46,040 bases of DNA from a virus (taxonomy: Duplodnaviria; Caudoviricetes). The notes beneath the pieces were generated by a model. That model saw nothing but the letters and a program-made list of their open reading frames with translations. It ran no database searches and was not told the DNA's origin. The DNA lies in the IMG/VR virus record IMGVR_UViG_3300042863_000142, positions 1 through 46,040 of that record; one strand, written 5' to 3'. A program made the translations under genes and the position numbers. This document shows, one piece after another, positions 27,721 to 38,500 of this stretch (position 1 is its first letter; each line of letters begins with the position of its first letter).

Positions 27721-29238
27721 ATGAGCTTGCAATTACTCGCCAAACAGATGGAGTCCAAGGGCAGGGACGGCGATTCCGTTCTTGTACACATGACGCACGG
27801 CGAAGTTGCCGGCTTGCAAAAGCTTGCAGAGTCCGCTGGTGGCTCGTTGACGGTCAACCCTGAGACGGGCTTGGTCGAGGCAAGCTTCCTTAAATCCATA
27901 CTCCCCACTCTGGTGGGTGCTGGCGTTAGCATGTATTTTGGCCCCATGGCGGGAGCTGCTGCCGGTGCTGCAATAGGCGGGTATCAGGCAAAACGCAACA
28001 ATCAAGATGTAGGCATGGGTGCGCTCATGGGTGGCGTTGGTGGCTATGGCGGCTCCCAACTGGCAGCGGGGGCAGGTTTTGGCGCTGGGGCAAAAGAGCT
28101 CACAGGGAAACAACTTTTCCGATCCGGTTTAATGGCGCTCTCCCCAATGGCTGCCGCCCCGACTCAACAGCAGCAAAGCCCATACCCCTTGATGAGTATG
28201 GACGTCAATCAATCTTCGGCCCCATTTCAGGACATCCGCGCTTACGAGCCAAAGATGCCCAGCTACACGGGCGGTGCCGGTAACGTTTACATCCCTCAGT
28301 TCCGTGCTGCACAAGGCGGCACAGTCAACATGGCTTCGGGTGGCGCGTTTGAAGACATCCGGGCATACGAGGGCGCGATGCCTAGCTACTCCTATGTTGA
28401 CGGTAATTTTGTTCGGTCGGCTACTCAGCCTGTGGCCCCTGCGCGTCCGCGAGGTCTTCTGCCTCCAAAGGCGTCTCAACCTCTCGCTCCAGCGCCGGTC
28501 GTCCGTCCGCCTGTGTCTCAGCCGATGATGGGTGGTGATGGTGTTGGCTACGCACCCAATCCTGACTTTGATACCCCTGAGAAACAAGCTGCGTTCTATG
28601 CAGAAAACCCAACAATGGGCAGATTTACGCGGACGCTCCAAGACTACAACCCGTTTGCGTCGTTGCAAGAACGTATGGACCCCGGCTTTGTCACGCGTCA
28701 AGCCGATATTGCTCTCAGTGGTGTTAAAGATGCGGGCATTGTGGATGGTGGTTTAGATCGAGACCCGCAACAGAGGGCGCAGATGGCCGCCGAATCGGCT
28801 GCCAGTGAGCGTGGCGGTGACGGTAATGGTGGTGGCGCTGATGGTAGGTCTACCACAGACAGGGACTGGGCTCAAGGGGGGCTACTCGGTCTGGCCAAGG
28901 GTGGCATGCGCTCGGGCGGCTTTGTCGTGCCTGCTGATGTGGTGGCCATGATTGGTGAAGGAAATACCGACGCTGGCTACAAGCGCATCAAGGCCATGGT
29001 GCCCGATGCCACCGCCATCAAGGGTAAGGACGGCGGTCAGTCCGATACCGTCAAGACCAGCATCGAAGGCAAGCAGCCAGCACGAGTCGCCCATGGTGAA
29101 ATGTACATTCCGCCAGAGACGGTCAAGAGCTTGGGCGGTGCCAAGAAGCTCTACGCCATGATGGACAGAGTGCGCCAGCAAGCTACCGGCAGCAAAAAAC
29201 AAATCAAGCCAGTGAATCTGAAACGGGTAATGGCATGA
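27721..29238 (+). CDS. Putative internal virion/ejection protein
   Basis: GRDGDSVLVHM..E..GL...NPETGLVEA N-terminus, Gly/Ala hydrophobic segments, several xxGG motifs, ARVAHGEMYIP tail. Confidence 0.7.
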   Translation: MSLQLLAKQMESKGRDGDSVLVHMTHGEVAGLQKLAESAGGSLTVNPETGLVEASFLKSILPTLVGAGVSMYFGPMAGAAAGAAIGGYQAKRNNQDVGMGALMGGVGGYGGSQLAAGAGFGAGAKELTGKQLFRSGLMALSPMAAAPTQQQQSPYPLMSMDVNQSSAPFQDIRAYEPKMPSYTGGAGNVYIPQFRAAQGGTVNMASGGAFEDIRAYEGAMPSYSYVDGNFVRSATQPVAPARPRGLLPPKASQPLAPAPVVRPPVSQPMMGGDGVGYAPNPDFDTPEKQAAFYAENPTMGRFTRTLQDYNPFASLQERMDPGFVTRQADIALSGVKDAGIVDGGLDRDPQQRAQMAAESAASERGGDGNGGGADGRSTTDRDWAQGGLLGLAKGGMRSGGFVVPADVVAMIGEGNTDAGYKRIKAMVPDATAIKGKDGGQSDTVKTSIEGKQPARVAHGEMYIPPETVKSLGGAKKLYAMMDRVRQQATGSKKQIKPVNLKRVMA

Positions 29239-29639
29239 ACCTTCAGGTAGTCCCCGTGCAGTGGGTCCACCGAACGTGGCCCATGGTGAGTGCGTTTATT
29301 GCTGATGCACTAGAGCAGTCCAAGGGGGATTACACGCTGGATCATGTACAGTCTCTACTGTCCACAGGTGAATGGACGCTTGTTGTTGGCGTAGAGGATG
29401 AAGTGATTCATGGCGCTGCAACGATTTCGTTTTTCAACCGATCCTCTGCCCGGGTCGCATTTATTACCACGACTGGCGGAAAGCTTGTCATCGACGAACA
29501 AACGATCGAACAAGTCAAAGCCATCGCTGCTTCTATGGGGGCTACCGCGCTTGAATGTGCAGCCCGAGAATCTATGACGCGCCTGCTTGGGCGCTACGGG
29601 TTCGAAGAGAAATACCGAATTGTTGGAGTCAAATTATGA
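29235..29639 (+). CDS. GNAT-fold acetyltransferase-like protein
   Basis: About 134 aa alpha/beta pattern ending LLGRYGFEE; position between ejection genes as for T7 gp13 / P22 gp14. Confidence 0.55.
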   Translation: MNLQVVPVQWVHRTWPMVSAFIADALEQSKGDYTLDHVQSLLSTGEWTLVVGVEDEVIHGAATISFFNRSSARVAFITTTGGKLVIDEQTIEQVKAIAASMGATALECAARESMTRLLGRYGFEEKYRIVGVKL

Positions 29640-32542
29640 GCTATTCTCGCCGTCAACTGTATGCCATGGGTGAAACCTTTGGTGACTCCGCTACCCGCAT
29701 GGAGGCCGGTGGCCGCATTGTTTATGGCGGTGGTGGCGGCGGAGCACCTGCACCTCAACCTTCGACCCGAATTACAGAATCTGGTCCAACGACAACCAAT
29801 CGCACCACGGTCAACGAGATTCCTCAGTACCTAACCAAAGCATCACAAGACTTGGTTGCTCGGGGCCAAGCATTGACCAGCCGGCCATACGAGGCATATA
29901 CCGGTGCTCGCGTAGCCGAGTTCTCGCCAGACATGCAGACTGCGTTTGGTCGCATGCGCAACCAAGGCGTGGCGGGTCAAACCACTGAAGCCTCCGGCTT
30001 GGCAAGTTTGGCCGGTAGACGCGCCACGGACTATGGCGAGTTCCAGACCGGCGTTCAGCAGTACATGAACCCATACATGCAGGGCGTGGTGGACATCGAG
30101 CGTCGTAAGGCTCAAGAAGCCGCAGACCGCCAGTCTGCCGTACTCTCCGGTCAAGCTGCCAAGACGGGCGCTTTCGGTGGTTCTGGTGCTGCACTGCAGC
30201 AACGTGCCTTGCGTCGGGATACCGCTCAACAGCTTGGCGACATCCAAACTCAAGGTTTAAACAGAGCCTACGAGGGCGCGGTCAATCAATACAACACTGG
30301 CATCACCGGTGGCTTGTCTGCCGCCAGCCAGTTGGCTGGGCTGGGCCAGCAGCAATTTGGTCAAGAGATGGACATCACCAAGGGCTTGGGTACGGCCGGC
30401 GATGTTCAGCGTCAGCGCGAGCAGGCTTTGTTGGATGTGGGTTATGGCGACTACCTTACCGCGCAGAAGTACCCCTACGAGCAGTTGGCGTTCCAGCAGG
30501 GTCTGGTCAGCGGGGTGCCGTACAGCACCACAGCTCGCACAAGAGAAATAAGCCAGCCGGGAAAACAAGTGTCTCAGTTGGTAGAGGCAAAAGAGCAACC
30601 GAACCCAGCGTCTCAGTTGATTGGCGCAGGAACGGCTCTCTATGGCGCTACCGGCGACAAAGCCAAAGGCGGAGAGGTTAAACGCTATGCTGTAGGCGGT
30701 ATTGCCAGTTTAAACCAGCCAGAGATGGCCTCTGCCGTTCAAGGCATGGATGACCAGCAGGTTGGCAACACAGCAGCCATACCCGGCCTTCCCGGCTTGA
30801 CCGCTCAAACCGAGCAGTTGCGCCGCAACGATCTTCGCATGGCCGCAGAAGGACAGCAGGCTCCTGCCAGCATGACCAAGATCACCTCGATCCTGTCGCA
30901 GATGTCTGACGCAGAACTCCAGCAGTACGCCAAGCTGCACAAGAGCGATCCATACACCATGGCTCTCGTGGTGTCTGAGGCCAACCGCCGCAAAGAGGGT
31001 GGCATGCCCACCCAAGAGCAACCCAAGGTGATTGACCAGCAGATTGCCAGCATGTCCCTGCCGGAAGATCAGGGCATCGCCCAGCTTCCCGTGGGCAACA
31101 TGGAGTTTGCCGATGGCGGCATCGTGGCATTTCAGAGCCGTGGCTCGGTGCCAGAACCCGAAGACCCATTGGAGCGTCAACGAGCAGAAGACCGCCAAAA
31201 AATTCAAGATGCTTATGAGTCAGGTCTTATCAGCGCGGAAGAGTTCAGCAGGGCCGTTTCAGACATTCTCACGCTGCCCGTGCGTGGCGTGGCTGGCGCT
31301 TTGGACACTGCGGTAGTCCGCCCCTTGCGTGCGGCTGGTGCTGATATTGGCTATCTGAGCCCCTACGTGACTCCAGAAGGAGCCAGCCCAGAAAGCATGA
31401 CTCCGTTTTCCGATCAGATGCGGTCTAGAGCCCCAGCTGCCGCTCAAGGTGCTGGCATTTCAAGCTTGATCCAGCCCTCTGCAGCCCGTGATCAGAAGCT
31501 TCTCCAGCGCCAAGACCCATCTTCTGGTGGTGTTGCTCAGGCTATTGCCGCCCAAGGTGCTGGCCCAGCCCCTGCGCCAACTGGTGCTGGTGGTGCCGGC
31601 GTACCTTCTTCTGGGGGTATTGAGGCTTTGCTCGAAAAGAATGCCCAAGCTCAAATCGCAGCAGAAAAAGAAGCTGCCAAATTTGAGACGGACGTTCTAG
31701 CCACCGACCGGATTGCACTCGAAGCCGCCAAGGCAGAGGCTGCGAAGTACGGCTCCGACCGCGAAGAGCGCCTGAAAAAGCGTGAAGAGGGCCAGAAGGG
31801 TGCAGAGAAGCGCAACGTCAACATGGGTTTCATCGAGGCTGGCTTGGCCATCATGGCTGGACAGTCTTCAAACGCCCTGCTCAACATCGCCCAAGGAGCC
31901 CAGAAGGGCCTCAAGGGTTACCAGTCTCGCTTGGAGCAGATCGAAGCCTCCAAGGAAAAGCTGGACGAGGACTTCTCCCGCCTGTACGAACTGCGTCAGG
32001 AAAAGGTCGGCGCTGCCGGCGACAGACTGCGCGAACTCAACAGGGAAGAAGCTCGCGTCAAGGCTGGCGGTGTTCGAGAGCTGAGCAAAATCTCCTCCGC
32101 ATTGGCTGGAGCAAAGATTGAAGTCAAGCTGAAAGACTTGGAACGCGCTGCGGCCGCTCGAAATGCCGGCATTAGCTCGAACACACCTACTCGGCAAATC
32201 TTTGAACAGCTTGTACAGGAGAGTGGTGGCGATCGGGTCAAAGCCCAGCTGAAGTACAACAAGCTTTTCCCGGCCGAAAAGAACGACCCCAACACCAATT
32301 TGGTCAAGGGGCTGCAGGATGAGCTGGTAAAAGCCATTGGTTCACCTCTTGCCAATGAAAAGACGGGTCAAGAAAAGATCGCAACACTCAGATCGGAAAT
32401 CGCTAAACTGACGGGCGGTAGCAGCCAAAGCGGTGGCAAAATGATCACCATGGCGGACATCAAAGCAACCGCAGCTAAACAAGGCATGACGGAAAAACAA
32501 GTGAGGGACGCTGCTCTCGCAAAGGGCTACGTCATTCAATAA
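29636..32542 (+). CDS. Large DNA transfer/ejection protein
   Basis: Start at ATG 29636 (GGAG RBS, ATGA overlap). GGGGG N-terminal motif, YMNPY and GAFGGSG motifs, Q/A-rich helices. Confidence 0.75.
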   Translation: MSYSRRQLYAMGETFGDSATRMEAGGRIVYGGGGGGAPAPQPSTRITESGPTTTNRTTVNEIPQYLTKASQDLVARGQALTSRPYEAYTGARVAEFSPDMQTAFGRMRNQGVAGQTTEASGLASLAGRRATDYGEFQTGVQQYMNPYMQGVVDIERRKAQEAADRQSAVLSGQAAKTGAFGGSGAALQQRALRRDTAQQLGDIQTQGLNRAYEGAVNQYNTGITGGLSAASQLAGLGQQQFGQEMDITKGLGTAGDVQRQREQALLDVGYGDYLTAQKYPYEQLAFQQGLVSGVPYSTTARTREISQPGKQVSQLVEAKEQPNPASQLIGAGTALYGATGDKAKGGEVKRYAVGGIASLNQPEMASAVQGMDDQQVGNTAAIPGLPGLTAQTEQLRRNDLRMAAEGQQAPASMTKITSILSQMSDAELQQYAKLHKSDPYTMALVVSEANRRKEGGMPTQEQPKVIDQQIASMSLPEDQGIAQLPVGNMEFADGGIVAFQSRGSVPEPEDPLERQRAEDRQKIQDAYESGLISAEEFSRAVSDILTLPVRGVAGALDTAVVRPLRAAGADIGYLSPYVTPEGASPESMTPFSDQMRSRAPAAAQGAGISSLIQPSAARDQKLLQRQDPSSGGVAQAIAAQGAGPAPAPTGAGGAGVPSSGGIEALLEKNAQAQIAAEKEAAKFETDVLATDRIALEAAKAEAAKYGSDREERLKKREEGQKGAEKRNVNMGFIEAGLAIMAGQSSNALLNIAQGAQKGLKGYQSRLEQIEASKEKLDEDFSRLYELRQEKVGAAGDRLRELNREEARVKAGGVRELSKISSALAGAKIEVKLKDLERAAAARNAGISSNTPTRQIFEQLVQESGGDRVKAQLKYNKLFPAEKNDPNTNLVKGLQDELVKAIGSPLANEKTGQEKIATLRSEIAKLTGGSSQSGGKMITMADIKATAAKQGMTEKQVRDAALAKGYVIQ

Positions 32543-32551
32543 GGATTAATC

Positions 32552-35500
32552 ATGGCTGGACGCGATTTAAGCTCGGAACTCTTTGGCCCGGGTGAGGGTG
32601 ATTCACAAGGCCGCGATTTGAGTGATGAGCTGTTTGGCGCAAAGCCAGCCGCCAGAACCGTCACTGAAGCCGACAAAGAGCGCACCATAGGCGAGTCCAT
32701 CAAAGACGTTGGCGCTGGCCTTGTTGGTGGTCTTGGGAGCATTGTGCAGGTGCCGGGTCAGCTGTACGGCTTGGCCACTGGCGACTTCTCCAAGACAGGT
32801 CTCCTTGGTGCCGGAGAAAGACTCTCTGAGTACGGCGAAGAGATGAAGTCTGAGGGCCTCAAGGCCCGTGAAGCCGAACGCGCAAAGATCGTAGAGGAAG
32901 CCTCGAAGGAAGGCCAGTTTGCCGCGTTTAAAGCAGCCTTGGGTGAGACGATCACCGACCCCGGCCTGCTTGCTGGCTTCCTTGCGGAGCAAGCTCCACA
33001 GGTTATCCCCATGATTCTGGCCGGCGGTGGTGCCGGCTACATCGCCAAGCGTGGCGTGATGAGTGCTGCAGCCGCACGAGGTGCTGCTGTTGAGGCTGCT
33101 GAGCGTCTTGCCCAGAAGAAGGCCCTTCAGGCTGGCACAACCGGTGCCATTCAGACCGGCGCTGTCATGCAGGGCGCAGACATTGGCGCTGGCTCTTACG
33201 ACGACATCGTGGCCGGCTTGATTGAGCAGGGTGCTACCCCAGAGCAAGCCGCAGAAGAGGCTATCAACAAAGCCCGCCTTGCTGGCGTTACTGGCTATGG
33301 TCTTTCCGTTCTTGCCAACCGTTACTTACCCGGCGGTAAGGCGCTGGAAGAGATTCTGGCTGGCAAAAGGCTGGCCGGCTCTCGACTTGGCGGCGCAGCA
33401 CTGACTGGCCTGAAGGAAATTCCAAGCGAGAACATCGAAGAGGTCGGCGGCAGGATTGCTCAAAACATCGCAGCCCGAAGTGCTGGCCTTGACCGAGAAA
33501 TCCTTGAGGGAACCGGCGAGACTGCGGCCATGGCAACCCTTGGCGCTGCCGGTATCGGTGGTGCGGCTGGTGCTTTGTCTGTTCGCCCCGAAGCCGTGAA
33601 GGCTGGCCCAGATGAGTTTGACAAAGAGCTTGCGCAGTTCCGTCAAGAGCTTGGCCCTGAAGGGGATGCCCCGGCTCAAGTCCAAGAAGAAATCGACACA
33701 GGCATCGACGCAGGCGTTGAAGAGCAGGTTGCCGCAGCCCCCGTTGCCAAGCCTCCGGTTCAGCTTCCCGGTGGCTTTACGGCCACTGAGCGAGAGCTCA
33801 GCCGTGAAGTGGTGCCTGAAGCCTTTGGCATCTTCCCAGAAGGCGGCGGAAAGCCATTGGCAACCGTTGGTACCCAAGAGGATGCTCAGAAGAAGCTTGA
33901 GTCCTTGACCCAGATTCGTCAGGAAGAACAAAAGCGCCTGTCCGAAGAGTTCGACAAGATCAACAGCGGCATCTTTGCCGAGCAGCGCAAGCTTGAGGTT
34001 ATGGAGGCCACAGGCCAAGCCGACACGGATCAGTACGTACAAGCCAAGGCTGAGCTGGACCTCAAGGAACAGGAAGCCGCTGAGAAGCTGACCGACATCA
34101 GAGATCGGATCGCTGCCTACTCAACCCCCTTGACGTTTGCCCCCATGGGACAGCGCACCGCAGTCCAGAGCGAAGTCATTGTGAATCGTGGCGATGAGGT
34201 GGTGGGCGTCTTCCCGTCTTTTGAGGCAGCTCAGTCAACGGTGCAGCAGCTCGCCCCTGAAGAGTTTAAACAGGCAGATATTGCTGCCCGCACGCAGGCC
34301 GTTGAGGCTGTGCTCAAGCCCGCGTTTGCCAAGTTCAACTTGGGCGATATTGGTTTAAACATCGTCGAAGCGATCAAGACCGGCGGTGGCGGACGTGCAG
34401 ATGGGGCCTACGCTCAAAACCTTATTCAGATTGCCTTGGATGCGCCAGAACCCCTGCAGACCATGCGCCATGAAACTGTTCATGCGCTGAAAGAGCTTGG
34501 GTTCTTCACCAAACAGCAGTGGCGAGCTTTGACCGAGCAGGCAAACAAGACGTGGGTCAAGCAGTACCTTGAGGGCCAAGTCGCTGAGCTGAACGGTGTG
34601 CAAATGAGCCGCCTTGATGCCTACAAAGAGCTGGCCAAAGAACGCAAACTAAGCCCCCGTCAGTTGCGAGAAGAAATCATTGAAGAGGCCATCGCAGATG
34701 CCTTCGGCGCTTACGCTCGTGGAGCCACACCTCCTCCCGGCTTGATCGCCACCCTGTACAAGAAACTGGCAAGCTTCTTTGCAAACTTTGGCCAAGCCCT
34801 GCGCGGTGCTGGCTTTGAGTCGGCCGAAGACATCTTCCAGCGCATCGAGCGCGGTGATTTGAAGTCCAAGGCTCCAAAGAAGGAGGCCAAGCCTGTTGTG
34901 AAAGCCAAGGAGGCTGAAAAGGCTCCCGAGACAAAGAAGGCCGAAGCCCCAGAGGCCGAGGTACGAGCTGCGCAAGAGAAAGCCAAGAAAGAAAAATATA
35001 GCCTTGCCGGCACAGGCGTTCCAATGTCTACGCGAAACCTCATGGAGCAACAAACTCCTATTGCGCAACAAGACCTCGGTTTAAACACAGAAGCCGGTCG
35101 TAGCGGGACCAACAACGTCCGGGATATTGCCAAAGCCTTGAACCGACAAACCCTAGACCAGCTTGGCGCAATGAAGCGCAACAAGCTTACGCAAGACGAT
35201 TCCACAATGATTTCGGAGGCCATAGCCGACGAGGTTGCCTACCAACTACAAACTTCATCCAAGACCGGAACCGGTTTGGGTTGGTACTCCCACAACTATC
35301 CAAATGCCGTCAAGCGTCTGGGCAAGCGCTTCCCTGAGCTGAGCACAAGCAAATACGCACGTTCCGTTTTCTCTGCGCTTGTGGCTGTCACCTCCAATGG
35401 TGAGCGCGTTACCAAGAACATTGATAACGCCATCAAGCTGTACGCCGACTTGCGCAAGGGCAAACGTTTGGTTGTCATGGGCAATCGTCGTGCAACCGCT

Positions 35501-38500
35501 CTTGAAAATAACCTGCAAGTCATTCAAGACTTGATGGCCGAGCACGGCGAGAATTTTGAAAAAGTTTTGCTCAAAGAGATTACCGTCAGTGAAATGAACG
35601 CTCGTCTGCGCAAGATGGGCAAGAAGGCTGATGGCAGCTATCTGGCCAACACAGTGGTGCCAGCGGCAGCGGTTTATTTTGGTCCAAAGCTGGGGGCGTT
35701 TTACGCCAACCTGTCGGGTTCTGAGGGCTACCTGACCATGGACTTGTGGTGGACGCGCTCCATTAACCGTATGCGTGGCTTGCTAATCCCCAAGGCCACC
35801 AGCGCATCTATTTCCAAATTCCGGGACATGATGGATAGCCCCGACGCAACTCGAGATGAAGTTGTTGCCGCGACCATACCCTTGCGCAACAAGTACGAGG
35901 AGTACGGCTGGAACTCTGAACTGGAGCATTTGGCTGGAGCCAAAGAGCCGTCTACCAAAGCCGCCAAGCCAGCTTGGTTTGAGAAGGCTGAGGCGGCGGC
36001 TGGAGATGCCTACGAGCAGCTGTTGTTTGAACACAATCTTGAGAAGATGGCAAACACCATCTACAAGAACGAGTTTGAGATGCTGGAGGAGGCCCCGTTT
36101 ACAGCCACCGACCGCAAGTTCATGTACGACGCAGCACGCAAGGCCCAAACGTTGTTGCGTAAAAATGGAGTTGACCTGAGTCTTGCTGACATTCAAGCTG
36201 CTCTTTGGTACTATGAGAAACGCCTGTATGCAAAACTTAGCGGGAGAAAAGCAGATGACATCGGATACGAAGAAGCAATCATCGCCCAAGCCAATCAGGG
36301 TTCTGGACGAGCAAGACCAAGTGTGGTCTTCGATAAAAGAACTGACCGTGGGGATGACTCCCGAGGAGAGGTCTCTGGCACTGAGGCAGTTCGTGGAGAG
36401 CCTACCAGAGGCGCAAAGCTAAGCCTCAAAAAGGGGGTCGTTGCCGAAGTGGCCCCCAATCCTGACCACATCTCGGCAGAGAAGTGGCGGGAGATGACTC
36501 CGACTGAGCGTCTTGGCGCAACCAGAAGCGTTGCCAACAAAGTCATGTCGTCTGTGTTCTCCGAGCTTGGTCTGCGGGGATACAGCTACAGCTTCTCTAC
36601 TGGCACATACGAGGGTGAGGTCAACCCCAACATCATCGTTGAAGCACCGCAAGGCGCCACGGAGCAGGAGCTTGAAGAGCTGGGCCGCGTCCTTGGATAC
36701 GTGCTTGACCAGAAGGCCATGGTCGTCTTTGATGAGGACAACAAAACGTCCGGCAGTCAGGCCGGCTTTGTAAAGGTTGTCGTACCGGATGACATGACCG
36801 CAGAGCAGTTTGATGAGTTGCGCCAGCACATCGCGCAGAAGGTTCCACAGGCTGACGGTGACACGTTGCGTAATGGAGCCTTGCTGTACGGTAACTTCTC
36901 TGCCTACAATGACAACGTTGACACCCTGACTGATGCTCAGTACCAGAAGGCTATCGTCAAGGCTGTTGAGTCGTTTACATACGATGGAGTCATCGATGTA
37001 TCCAAGCCTGAGACGTTCCACAGCTCACTCATTTGGCCTAAGACGAGAAGCGACTATTTAAAGGAAACACGCTATGGCGACAGTTCGAGAGTTCAAGGAG
37101 AAGCCGGGGCAGATGTTCGGGGGCAAGGGAGCCGCCGTCTTCAGGCCATTTCAGAGGAAGGAATCGCCCTCAGAGACCGATGGATTGACGGCCGAGGAGC
37201 GGCTCGCCTCGGAGGTCGAGAGCGCGGTAATGCGGTTGACTTCGGCAAGCCAACAGCTGAATACGGAACCCCAAGACAAGGGTCAGTAAGCGCCACAGGC
37301 ATTCACTTCAGCAAGCAGCAGCGGCCCGAGATCAGCTCAGGCTTCTACGGCACAGGCTTGCGCGGTCTGGAGCGTGAGCGTCTTGCTGAAAAGGAAAACG
37401 CAGACATCCGCGACCGCATCTACTTCTACGTGGACAACGGCAAGGGCGTGACGCCTGAGTCGGGTGTTGGCGGCATTCCCCATGTCATCAAGCTGAACAA
37501 CCTGTACGACACTTCGGCGGACCCCCTACAGATCGTCAAGAACATCAGGGGTGAAAGCTCTGCCGACAGGGCCAGCAAGCGGGAGCGTGCCATCAAGAAG
37601 GCTGGCTTTGATGGCTACTTGGTGAAAGACCCAATAGCCTCACAGGATTACGCGCTTTTGATTGGTAAGCATGCCGTCAAGACGGGCAAATACAGCCTAA
37701 AGAACGTCCGCTTCCCCTCGGTCAAGGCCGTCAAGGAAGCCGTTGCGCAAACAGAGGTGCCAGACACACCTGAGTTTAAACGCTTCATCGCAGGCAACCA
37801 GTGGACAGAAGCCGACGGCAAGCCGACGGTGTTCTACCATGCCACCGCTCGTGAGTTCCTTGAGTTCACCCCCGCAGGTCAGTCCCAAGCCATCTTCCTT
37901 GCGACAACCCCAGAGGAGGCTGAGACCTTCGGCAGTGCTGCCGAGGACAAGCTGCGCCGGGAGATTTATGAAAAGCTCTTGAACAAAGATCAAAAGCTCT
38001 CCTTCTTCCAAGGCGTTGTAGATGCTCAAGTGAAGAAGGGCGCGATCACCGAAAAGCAGGGCAGGGAGTTCATGCGTCAAGTTGACCGCAAGGCTCCGAA
38101 GTACGGCGACTTTGGTGACATCGAGCAAGAGGTCTATGACGCTCTCCTTGACCTGTCCCCTACCCGCATGTCGATCATGCCTCTATGGGCTCGTGCCGAG
38201 ACTCCATTCGACTTCGAGAACGAAGAGCATGTGGAGCAGGTCATGCAGTGGGTCACCAACAACACGGACTACCCGCAAGAGTTCCCAGAGAAGTGGCTGA
38301 GTGGCCTCAAGGGCCGCATCAAGCAGGGCTTGTGGCAAGCGATCGAAGACAAGCGCGTCCAGATGGCTCTGCGCAGGCTTGGCTTTGACTCCTTCACTGT
38401 GCGCGAGAACCGCAACTCGCCCAAGAACTATGCGGTCTACCAGCCCGAGCAGGTCAAGTCCGTCACCGGGAACTCCGGTGAGTTTGACCGAGCAGTTAAG

